Below are positions 6,960 through 13,541 of a stretch of DNA of 20,000 nucleotides, piece by piece. The notes under the pieces are model-generated. The model did no database searches. It worked only from the letters and a program-made list of their open reading frames with translations, and had not been told where the DNA came from. The first letter of the stretch is position 1. The number at the start of each line of letters is the position of its first letter. Position numbers and translations under genes: made by a program. Source of the stretch: an uncultured virus (IMG/VR IMGVR_UViG_3300032677_000021) (Duplodnaviria; Heunggongvirae; Uroviricota; Caudoviricetes). The stretch lies in the IMG/VR virus record IMGVR_UViG_3300032677_000021. One strand, given 5' to 3'.

Positions 6960-8300
6960 CTACACTAATACGCAATTTAGGTCGTCTAACAGGGCTTCTT
7001 GCAAATTTATTTTGCCTTCGAGCACCTTTACCACGTGCTGGTCGATGGTATTATGCGCCGTTAGGTGGTGTATGATAACCGGCTTCGTTTGCCCTTGGCG
7101 GTAGATCCTAGCATTCGCTTGGATGTAGTTCTCTGAGCTCCATGGTAGATCGAACCAGACCGTTTGTGCTGTGTCTCCAACGTTGCACTGTAGATTAAGC
7201 CCGATTCCGCCGCTTTGCGGGTGGGCAAGGAGCATACGAATCTCGCCACGACGCCACGCCGCAATGTTGTCATCGTCCAGCACCACCGCCTCTGGGAACT
7301 GAAGACGTATTCGTTGGAGCGAATGCTTGAAATGATAGAAGACAAGCGTGGGACTTGAAGATTCTTCCATGATCGACTCAAGACGTTCCAGTTTAGCGCG
7401 GTGTACTTCTTGTGTGTCTCCCTCTTCGTTGTAAACCGCTCCTGATGTGAATTGCAGTAGCTTGTTCGCCAGTGCCGCCGCTGTCGGAGCTGTGATTTTT
7501 TCTTTCTTGATGTCAACGACCATCTCTTTTCTAAGTTCGTCATACTTTGCCTTTACGTTTTTATCTAATTGAATAGAGTGGTATAGCTTAGTGCATTCGG
7601 GCAGCTCTAGGTAGTCTTCCGCCTTGAGCGAGTAGCAGATGTCTGAAATCTTTTCTTGGATCTGCATGTCTGCGCCCAGCTTGAGCTTCCAGCTGTACAC
7701 CACGTGCGTGTGCCTGTTAATCTGATCCGGCAGCATGTACTTGTCACGAAAGCGGGTGAGCGATGTCTCCAAGCGCTCGCCTAAGTCTAATATGCCTACC
7801 TGTGACCAGAGATCAGCGATACCCTGAGGGGTAGGTGTACCAGTGAGGATAATACGCCGTGAGAAGCCCTTTAAATGCTTTTTAAGCGCCTTAAAGCGCT
7901 TGGTGCTGGGATCCTTAAACCGGCTGGACTCATCAATCACTAAGTTAGTGAACACTAACATATTTGCAGCCTCGCATAGCCACGCTACGTTCTCAAGGTT
8001 TATCAGATAGATGTCTGCTTCCGAATTCAAGGCGGACGATCTCTGCGTCGGGCTGCCCATGATCTTGGCTACTTTGAGGTGCGACAGGTGGTCCCACTTC
8101 TTTACCTCTGCGTCCCACACGGTTTCCGCCACCCTTTTTGGCGCGATGATCAAGGTCTTCCCCTGAAACTGTTCCGCAATGATGGTGAGTGTTGTCGTCG
8201 TCTTCCCCAGTCCCGGTGGCAGAAAAAGTCCCATGTTCGGGACCGTACGGGACAAATTGATAAGATGCTGCTGGTACTGGTGCAGGTCGGAGCGCTTCAC
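6960..8300 (-). CDS. SNF2-like (SF2) phage helicase
   Basis: LHQYQ Q-motif, PPGLGKT Walker A, VIDESS Walker B, LTGTP, HPQSGGIGLNLQ, QANARIYRQGQ; GTG start behind GAGGA. Confidence 0.92.
   Translation of the reverse strand: MKRSDLHQYQQHLINLSRTVPNMGLFLPPGLGKTTTTLTIIAEQFQGKTLIIAPKRVAETVWDAEVKKWDHLSHLKVAKIMGSPTQRSSALNSEADIYLINLENVAWLCEAANMLVFTNLVIDESSRFKDPSTKRFKALKKHLKGFSRRIILTGTPTPQGIADLWSQVGILDLGERLETSLTRFRDKYMLPDQINRHTHVVYSWKLKLGADMQIQEKISDICYSLKAEDYLELPECTKLYHSIQLDKNVKAKYDELRKEMVVDIKKEKITAPTAAALANKLLQFTSGAVYNEEGDTQEVHRAKLERLESIMEESSSPTLVFYHFKHSLQRIRLQFPEAVVLDDDNIAAWRRGEIRMLLAHPQSGGIGLNLQCNVGDTAQTVWFDLPWSSENYIQANARIYRQGQTKPVIIHHLTAHNTIDQHVVKVLEGKINLQEALLDDLNCVLV
6964..6974 (-). promoter_or_regulatory. 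Putative phage promoter motif TGCGTATTAGT, copy 4 (in last codons of helicase)
   Basis: Exact 11-mer, 6 nt upstream of the ATG at 6957. Confidence 0.65.
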
Positions 8301-8556
8301 AAATAAAATCCTCTATGTCGTCGTATGTTCTAAGTATGTGTACTGGGTGGCCTTGCTCGCCGAATTGGTCAAACACTATCTCTTGGCGCTTGCTGATCCT
8401 GCCGCTCGTCGTCTTCAGCTCCACGAATAATACTTTGGAGTTCAGTAAGACTATGCGATCCGGAACGCCCGAGATACTCGATATGAATTTGAGGCTCATT
8501 CCCCCGTTTTGTTTGACTAGTTTGTTTAGTCTTTGCTCTACTTGTTTTTCTAGCAT
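7993..8556 (-). CDS. VRR-NUC domain nuclease (about 90 aa domain plus long overlapping tail)
   Basis: LEKQVEQRL..GG.SLKF..SGVPDRIVL..VLFVELK..GRISKRQ; the domain ends near 8290 but the frame stays open to 7993. Confidence 0.85.
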   Translation of the reverse strand: MLEKQVEQRLNKLVKQNGGMSLKFISSISGVPDRIVLLNSKVLFVELKTTSGRISKRQEIVFDQFGEQGHPVHILRTYDDIEDFICEALRPAPVPAASYQFVPYGPEHGTFSATGTGEDDDNTHHHCGTVSGEDLDHRAKKGGGNRVGRRGKEVGPPVAPQSSQDHGQPDAEIVRLEFGSRHLSDKP

Positions 8557-8947
8557 ACTTTTCCTTTTCGTGCATGCAAATTTTAAATACCTGCTTGGCT
8601 AGGTGGCCTGTGAGGTAGGCTCTGGTCTCACCAACAAAGCCATCGTCCTCACCAATGTGCTCGGCCAAGCTGTCTACCGCGTGGCACAGCTCATGGGCGA
8701 TCGTGTCCACCAGCTCGCTGATGTCGTCGTTGACTAGGCTCATGTCGAAGACGAGCACGATGATCGCGTCCTTGCCGTCGCCAATCACGTGCGTCTCCGC
8801 AATGCCGTAGTCTAGCGCGTTGGCTTTGAGCGAGACGTTGTGGTCTTTGAGGATCTGCTGGAATACCTTGTCGTCAAAGCACAACTTAATCACGTCAGGA
8901 TAGAAACCAACGTCCAGCTTGTAGTAGTCGTATTTCTTCTTCATCAT
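8369..8947 (-). CDS. Hypothetical protein with HExxH motif
   Basis: TIAHELCHAVD followed by ETRAYL; C-terminal tail overlaps the VRR-NUC gene. Confidence 0.65.
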   Translation of the reverse strand: MMKKKYDYYKLDVGFYPDVIKLCFDDKVFQQILKDHNVSLKANALDYGIAETHVIGDGKDAIIVLVFDMSLVNDDISELVDTIAHELCHAVDSLAEHIGEDDGFVGETRAYLTGHLAKQVFKICMHEKEKYARKTSRAKTKQTSQTKRGNEPQIHIEYLGRSGSHSLTELQSIIRGAEDDERQDQQAPRDSV

Positions 8948-9129
8948 CGTCCAAAGGGTATGGTTGCCAGTATTTCTATGTGGTCGTTGTCAGCCTCAAT
9001 GTGTAATTGCGTCTCATTCTCATCTGGCTTAGACTTGTTGAAGATGTCATCCCAGCGTTTGTCAAAGGTTTCCTTGTCGACACTGAGCGGGCGTGGGGTG
9101 TCACCCTTACCACCGTCGCGTGTTGTCAT
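8944..9129 (-). CDS. Small hypothetical phage protein
   Basis: GGKGDTPRP..FDKRWDDIF; ATGA overlaps on both sides. Confidence 0.75.
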   Translation of the reverse strand: MTTRDGGKGDTPRPLSVDKETFDKRWDDIFNKSKPDENETQLHIEADNDHIEILATIPFGR

Positions 9130-9308
9130 TTGCGAGCCTCCATCATTGCATCAGCCGTTTCATAGCACCATTTTGCAAATGCGGTTTCATCATCATGAAA
9201 ACCACCAAATGCTATAGACCCTTGCATAGCTTTAGCTGCAAAGTAATCCCGCAAATCCATACCATTGAATTCATCGTTATATCTGCTTGATGCTGGAAAT
9301 GCTTTCAT
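9126..9308 (-). CDS. Small conserved phage protein
   Basis: AFP..GMDLRDYFAAKAMQG..Y..ADAMMEAR, a recurrent phage micro-protein motif. Confidence 0.8.
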   Translation of the reverse strand: MKAFPASSRYNDEFNGMDLRDYFAAKAMQGSIAFGGFHDDETAFAKWCYETADAMMEARK

Positions 9309-9586
9309 TTTGGCTCCTTGGCTTTTTTGATTTTGAGACCGGCGCGTAGTTCGTGGCTGTGTAGCTTCTTGCCCGGGTCTTTGACCTCACCGGCCGCTTT
9401 GGCCACCTTGGCAGCTTCCTTGCGGTTTGCAAAGGTGCCGTTTGATAGCAAGAAGCCGCGCTTGTCTTCGTTCTTCTTGCGGCCCGCTTTCTTCTCAATC
9501 TCGGTGTGGCTAAATGCGTCGGTGTCTGAGATGACTTTGCCGCTTTTTTCTTTTACTGCTGGTTTAATTACTTTTAGTTTGCTCAT
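9305..9586 (-). CDS. Basic hypothetical phage protein
   Basis: Start moved to ATG 9586 (ATGA overlap, GGAG upstream); GFLLSNGTFANRKEAAKVA..LHSHEL. Confidence 0.7.
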   Translation of the reverse strand: MSKLKVIKPAVKEKSGKVISDTDAFSHTEIEKKAGRKKNEDKRGFLLSNGTFANRKEAAKVAKAAGEVKDPGKKLHSHELRAGLKIKKAKEPK

Positions 9587-9792
9587 TCTAACTCCTTTAC
9601 CATTTGTTTTATAGTTTCCCAATCTGTTTTTCGTTCGAGATTGCCTTTATGATCTGCGCACCAAAATCCGTTAAGAAACTTATTGGTGTCTTTCATGCGC
9701 TCCCACTCACGCACTCTATACTTATACAGCTTAGTCCAAGGCATGCGGTTTGCTTGCAGCTTAATCCACCATACGTATATTTTGGTTTTCAT
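9583..9792 (-). CDS. Hypothetical protein
   Basis: Start moved to ATG 9792 (ATGA overlap). Confidence 0.65.
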   Translation of the reverse strand: MKTKIYVWWIKLQANRMPWTKLYKYRVREWERMKDTNKFLNGFWCADHKGNLERKTDWETIKQMVKELE

Positions 9793-9965
9793 AGTTTCAC
9801 CTGATTCTCTTCTGCCCACAGTAATGCCTCGGCCAGCTCTTTGTATTGGCTGGGGTCTACCACCTCACACTTGCCGTCTGCTGTAAAGCGCAAGAAGCCT
9901 TGGCCGTAGACCAGTGCGTTGTGCATGACGTGGTTGTATAATTGTTTGGCGTCTTGTTCGTTCAT
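9789..9965 (-). CDS. Hypothetical protein
   Basis: Start moved to ATG 9965 (ATGA overlap, GGAG upstream). Confidence 0.65.
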   Translation of the reverse strand: MNEQDAKQLYNHVMHNALVYGQGFLRFTADGKCEVVDPSQYKELAEALLWAEENQVKL

Positions 9966-10081
9966 ACATTTCTCCAATATGTATCGTTAGGGTTGGCCAG
10001 CATGCTGGCAATAAGGGCGTCGATGGTTGGAAACCACTGGATGACTTTGAGCCCGTCTGCTTGGTAGATGGTGAAGCTCAT
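9962..10081 (-). CDS. Micro-protein (39 aa)
   Basis: MSFTIYQADGLKVIQWFPTIDALIASMLANPNDTYWRNV; ATGA overlaps at both ends; below track cutoff. Confidence 0.65.
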   Translation of the reverse strand: MSFTIYQADGLKVIQWFPTIDALIASMLANPNDTYWRNV

Positions 10082-10251
10082 TGTTTCACACAAATAAATT
10101 TAGCGGTGTACGTGTTGTTATTCGCCATATTAACAAACGCTTTTCCAGCGGCTACGCAGTTTGCTTCATTACCAAATTGGGCATGATTAACTGATGCTGT
10201 TCTACCGTCCATAATACCTACATAATAAACAAAAGTAATTAAAAGCCACAT
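10078..10251 (-). CDS. Small protein with hydrophobic N-terminus and two cysteines (57 aa)
   Basis: MWLLITFVYYVGIMDGRTASVNHAQFGNEANCVAAGKAFVNMANNNTYTAKFICVKQ; fills the gap exactly. Confidence 0.65.
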   Translation of the reverse strand: MWLLITFVYYVGIMDGRTASVNHAQFGNEANCVAAGKAFVNMANNNTYTAKFICVKQ

Positions 10252-10254
10252 AAC

Positions 10255-10494
10255 CTATTCTCCTATTCCGTGGGCTCGTTCGATGGCGCGGGCGAACTCA
10301 ATTGGTTCGACACCCAATCCATCTTTAAACTCAGGATGTCTGTACCAAATGTCTCTAATTTGCTCGTCAGTCAATGGCAACACTTTTTTGCAAGTGCATT
10401 TTGGAACCAATGGGTGCCCAATTGCATGTCCACAGGTACATTTAAACGTGGCACGTTGCGCATCTTGCCGGTCTTGTGTGGTGAAGGTGGTCAT
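10255..10494 (-). CDS. Modular hypothetical protein (LTDEQI / FARAIE modules, Cys-rich insert)
   Basis: Start moved to ATG 10494 (ATGA overlap). Confidence 0.7.
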   Translation of the reverse strand: MTTFTTQDRQDAQRATFKCTCGHAIGHPLVPKCTCKKVLPLTDEQIRDIWYRHPEFKDGLGVEPIEFARAIERAHGIGE

Positions 10495-10595
10495 TTTTGT
10501 ACCATCCATTCAATTTTTAAATTGCCAATACGGACCCAGCAATACCCGCCACCGATGTTATACGTTATAAAACCTTTGAGCTTAATTGCGTTCAT
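10491..10595 (-). CDS. Micro-protein (34 aa)
   Basis: MNAIKLKGFITYNIGGGYCWVRIGNLKIEWMVQK; GGAGG SD and ATGA overlaps at both ends. Confidence 0.6.
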   Translation of the reverse strand: MNAIKLKGFITYNIGGGYCWVRIGNLKIEWMVQK

Positions 10596-10747
10596 TCTAC
10601 CTCCAACTCATAATAGTCGTAGCCATCACACCATTCCAATGATTTAGTGGCTATATACTCTTTTGCTTTTTCTGCTGAATCGAAGGCTTTTTGTGGGTCA
10701 CCATTTCCTTCGTAAGCATACCACGCACAAACAACATATACTTTCAT
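10592..10747 (-). CDS. Micro-protein (51 aa)
   Basis: MKVYVVCAWYAYEGNGDPQKAFDSAEKAKEYIATKSLEWCDGYDYYELEVE; ATGA overlaps at both ends. Confidence 0.7.
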   Translation of the reverse strand: MKVYVVCAWYAYEGNGDPQKAFDSAEKAKEYIATKSLEWCDGYDYYELEVE

Positions 10748-10920
10748 TTGTCTTGTTCCTTTAATGGTTCAATGGTTACTTTTTCCCACTTCACTTCTCC
10801 AGTTTTAGGGTTCTTCCAACCATGTTGCGTATAGATTGCTGGATAAGCGCAAGATGGATGCCAATCAATCCTAGACTTTTGTACTGCAACCACTTCTAAG
10901 TCGGTTTGCATATCTCTCAT
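10744..10920 (-). CDS. Hypothetical protein (58 aa)
   Basis: Track ORF 10744..10953 with start moved to ATG 10920 (ATGA overlap). Confidence 0.6.
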   Translation of the reverse strand: MRDMQTDLEVVAVQKSRIDWHPSCAYPAIYTQHGWKNPKTGEVKWEKVTIEPLKEQDK

Positions 10921-11009
10921 ATATCTTTGCACTCTATTATCAAAGCTATACACATCACAGCAATTAGCAAAGCCAATAAACGAATTGCAATAATTAAATA
11001 ATCAGCCAT
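10917..11009 (-). CDS. Single-pass membrane micro-protein (30 aa)
   Basis: MADYLIIAIRLLALLIAVMCIALIIECKDI; bridges the flanking genes with short overlaps. Confidence 0.55.
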   Translation of the reverse strand: MADYLIIAIRLLALLIAVMCIALIIECKDI

Positions 11010-11316
11010 TCTCTTGTGCCTTTCTTAATATTGCTCTAGCAAAATCTTCCATGTAAAGCTCACCAACACCATTCTTTTTCCAAGCATGGCAAACACTATC
11101 GGCACATTCTTTTATTTCGTCTTCGGTTAATGTTTTATTTTTTAACGATTCTATTTCAGATTGTTGTTGATAATATTCCTCTGCAATCAATTCCCTTGCA
11201 CAAAACCCATTTGCAGTTGGCGAAAGTGTTGCGTAAAAATGGTATTTGTTTGATGGGAGCATTACTTCTTTAAGTTTTTGATTAAATAGTTTGTCCCACA
11301 TTTTATTTTCACTCAT
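11002..11316 (-). CDS. Modular hypothetical protein
   Basis: QQQSEIESLK, KTLTEDEI, FARAILRKAQE modules. Confidence 0.75.
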   Translation of the reverse strand: MSENKMWDKLFNQKLKEVMLPSNKYHFYATLSPTANGFCARELIAEEYYQQQSEIESLKNKTLTEDEIKECADSVCHAWKKNGVGELYMEDFARAILRKAQENG

Positions 11317-11837
11317 TTCTCATTAGCCTTTCTTAGTATTGCTCTAGCAAACTTGTTGTAATGAATTGCGCTTATGCTTCCATCAGTCCATTCTTCATAA
11401 AACTCATCGCTATGCCAAAGTTTGTCTATTTCCTCATCTGTTAGTGTCTTTGCTGGATGGGTGTATAGTGGCACATCATCTTCCCATGTTTGTACCTTAC
11501 TAAATTTTGTAGGTTTGCCATCTTCATAGTGAACTTGCATCCACGCTACTGGTTCATTGTCAGCTTCTTGCGTAAAGTCAGATAACCTTTGTAGTGCGGC
11601 TTCTTTTTTCAACGCCTCTATTTCAGCTTGATGTAGTTTTATTGCTTCTTTTGCAAAAAGACATTCTTCATCCAAAAGAATATAACTTTCTTCTTCCATT
11701 ATTAATTTTTCTTTCAACGCCTCTATTTCAGCTTGTTGTTGGCGTAGCATGGCGATAACTTGTTTAACTGCTGGTAAATACCCAACAGAAAGCATCTTTT
11801 CAAACTCCTTTAAATCAGCTAGTTCATTTGCGTTCAT
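11313..11837 (-). CDS. Modular hypothetical protein
   Basis: MNANELAD, MLRQQQAEIEALK, QAEIEALK, EPVAW..PLYTHP, KTLTDEEI, FARAILRKANEK modules. Confidence 0.8.
   Translation of the reverse strand: MNANELADLKEFEKMLSVGYLPAVKQVIAMLRQQQAEIEALKEKLIMEEESYILLDEECLFAKEAIKLHQAEIEALKKEAALQRLSDFTQEADNEPVAWMQVHYEDGKPTKFSKVQTWEDDVPLYTHPAKTLTDEEIDKLWHSDEFYEEWTDGSISAIHYNKFARAILRKANEK
11711..11752. repeat. 42-bp dispersed direct repeat, copy 1 (identical to 12522..12563)
   Basis: CTTTCAACGCCTCTATTTCAGCTTGTTGTTGGCGTAGCATGG; partial copies at 11141, 11607, 12171 and 12835. Confidence 0.9.
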
Positions 11838-12109
11838 TTCTCTTGTGCCTTTCCATCATGCGTTCTTAATTCGGGGTTTAGTGCCTGCTTGCTGTCTTGG
11901 CTCAGTGACTCAATGACGTCAAGGTAACGCTTTTCCCATTGCCGCAAGTTACTGACTTGGTCTTCAAGATCAGCCACGCGTTGTTGCAACGCCATTCTAC
12001 GCTGGTTTAGTTTATGGATCAACTTAATGGCCTCTTTGGCTCCAATGTAATTGCAGTTTTCAAGGTGCTGCAATATCTCTTCAATGTTATAGTGAGTTGT
12101 TGCGTTCAT
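11834..12109 (-). CDS. Coiled-coil hypothetical protein
   Basis: Begins MNA and ends KAQEK like its neighbours; ATGA overlaps. Confidence 0.75.
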   Translation of the reverse strand: MNATTHYNIEEILQHLENCNYIGAKEAIKLIHKLNQRRMALQQRVADLEDQVSNLRQWEKRYLDVIESLSQDSKQALNPELRTHDGKAQEK

Positions 12110-12321
12110 TTAGTTTCCCTCATTGCTTTTTCAACATGTGTGTTCAGTATTACCTTCATGCGTAATGCTTCTTTCAATGCCTCTATTTCAGCTTTCAAAA
12201 CTTCTTCACCAATAGCCAAGCAATATGGGCAACTGGAATGACCTATTGAATTTTTTGGGTGGTCAGGTAGTTTATAAAAGCTATGACCTGAATCACATTT
12301 CTCTAGTATTGGTTTATTCAT
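12106..12321 (-). CDS. Modular hypothetical protein with C-x3-H..CPYC motif
   Basis: Start moved to ATG 12321 (ATGA overlap); carries AEIEALK module. Confidence 0.7.
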   Translation of the reverse strand: MNKPILEKCDSGHSFYKLPDHPKNSIGHSSCPYCLAIGEEVLKAEIEALKEALRMKVILNTHVEKAMRETK

Positions 12322-12473
12322 TGTAGTATCCATTTATTAGTAATCTTGCTGTATCGACACATAAACTGATAACCTTTTAGATTAAACACAAAGCCAAAGC
12401 TACCTTTATCGGACAGTGGGTAGAAGTTAAATCCATTCTTAACCACCTCACACTCTTTACGGATGTGCATCAT
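12318..12473 (-). CDS. Micro-protein (51 aa)
   Basis: MMHIRKECEVVKNGFNFYPLSDKGSFGFVFNLKGYQFMCRYSKITNKWILQ; fills the gap, stop coupled to next ATG. Confidence 0.6.
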   Translation of the reverse strand: MMHIRKECEVVKNGFNFYPLSDKGSFGFVFNLKGYQFMCRYSKITNKWILQ

Positions 12474-12645
12474 CTTTTTCCCCAACTTTCAAAAGCCATT
12501 CTGATAGCCTTTTGCATTCAGCTTTCAACGCCTCTATTTCAGCTTGTTGTTGGCGTAGCATGGTTGCGTGTTCATAAAATGGTCGCTCCTTGCCAATGGC
12601 AAATAGGTGTGATTCCAAATCGTCAGCTAGTTCTAGTGCGTTCAC
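12457..12645 (-). CDS. Modular hypothetical protein
   Basis: GTG start at 12645 (GTGA overlap): MNALELAD..MLRQQQAEIEALK. Confidence 0.7.
   Translation of the reverse strand: MNALELADDLESHLFAIGKERPFYEHATMLRQQQAEIEALKAECKRLSEWLLKVGEKDDAHP
12522..12563. repeat. 42-bp dispersed direct repeat, copy 2
   Basis: Identical to 11711..11752. Confidence 0.9.
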
Positions 12646-12947
12646 ATTTTGCTCCATTTCTTAATGTCATCCCAGACCTCTGGGCGGTTTTCTTTAAGCC
12701 AGTACACTACGCTTCTCAATGAGTCCAGTTCGGCTTGGGCAGATTGCCAGCCAGCCTCAAAGCCACCGGCGTGGGCGATGCCTTCGTGATGGCTTTGGTT
12801 TTCAACCATGAACTCAATGCGCTGGTTCAATCTTTCTATTTCAGCTTGTTGCTGGCGTAGCATGGTGGCTGCTTGCGTTAAAGTTAAATCATCAAACCAT
12901 CCAGTAGTCATATTTTCTAAAGCATCAGCTAGTTCATTTGCGTTCAT
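12642..12947 (-). CDS. Modular hypothetical protein
   Basis: MNANELAD..MLRQQQAEIERL; ATGA overlap. Confidence 0.75.
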   Translation of the reverse strand: MNANELADALENMTTGWFDDLTLTQAATMLRQQQAEIERLNQRIEFMVENQSHHEGIAHAGGFEAGWQSAQAELDSLRSVVYWLKENRPEVWDDIKKWSKM

Positions 12948-13075
12948 TTTCTAACCTGTATAAGTATTGGAAAAAACCGGTACACGTAGTATATGTCACC
13001 ACCGTTAAAACGTACAGAGTTCCACTGTAGGGGTGTGCCTTTAAACCACGGCGCCCTATATAAACGGATGTCCAT
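12944..13075 (-). CDS. Micro-protein (43 aa)
   Basis: 3' part of track ORF 12944..13303; ATG at 13075 behind AGGAGG. Confidence 0.65.
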   Translation of the reverse strand: MDIRLYRAPWFKGTPLQWNSVRFNGGDIYYVYRFFPILIQVRK

Positions 13076-13076
13076 A

Positions 13077-13331
13077 CTACCTCCTAAACTGCGGTGTTGG
13101 CTTACGTATGCCGCATATGCGGCGGATCTTAAGCGCCTGTATAGTACCAAACACTTTGTTGCGGTGCCCTTGGTGGGCTCTACGTATTTTAGACAGCTTG
13201 GTGCGCTTGTACGGCTCTTTAGATTTCGGCCCCGAGGCAAAGTGCATGACCGTGCGTCGCAACCCAACACCGCCGAAGACGGTGGTGAAGTGGTTACGCG
13301 CAACGGTCTTTCTAAAGTTAAACTTCTTCAC
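13077..13331 (-). CDS. Highly basic hypothetical protein
   Basis: GTGA overlap with upstream gene, stop abuts next start; R/K-rich with a single acidic residue. Confidence 0.6.
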   Translation of the reverse strand: MKKFNFRKTVARNHFTTVFGGVGLRRTVMHFASGPKSKEPYKRTKLSKIRRAHQGHRNKVFGTIQALKIRRICGIRKPTPQFRR

Positions 13332-13540
13332 TTTGCTTTAACGGACTTCTTTAGTTTTTGGATCTCACTGTTCATCTTCTTTGCTTCCTTCTCCATTGAC
13401 AAGATGGTGTTTGCTAACTCAGAGATAATCTCCTGCGCTGCGTTGAACCCAATCTCAAACATCTGATAGTCAGTGTATACCATCAACGATGCTTTATGCT
13501 GGGCTTTCCAGTTGTCGTATGCTACCTGTGCGTCTGTCAT
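13328..13540 (-). CDS. Hypothetical protein
   Basis: ATG 1 nt after primase stop, GAGGA upstream. Confidence 0.75.
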   Translation of the reverse strand: MTDAQVAYDNWKAQHKASLMVYTDYQMFEIGFNAAQEIISELANTILSMEKEAKKMNSEIQKLKKSVKAK

Positions 13541-13541
13541 T

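Noticed and set aside
2466..7543. Alternate-frame minus-strand ORFs 2466..3071 and 7061..7543 (also 1274..1510, 9277..9498, 15572..15838)
   Set aside because: Fully nested in conserved genes, with S/R/T-rich off-frame composition and no clear RBS.
11002..12949. Diversity-generating retroelement
   Set aside because: No reverse transcriptase in the window; repeats are short, multiple and either identical or differ at non-adenine positions, unlike a TR/VR pair.
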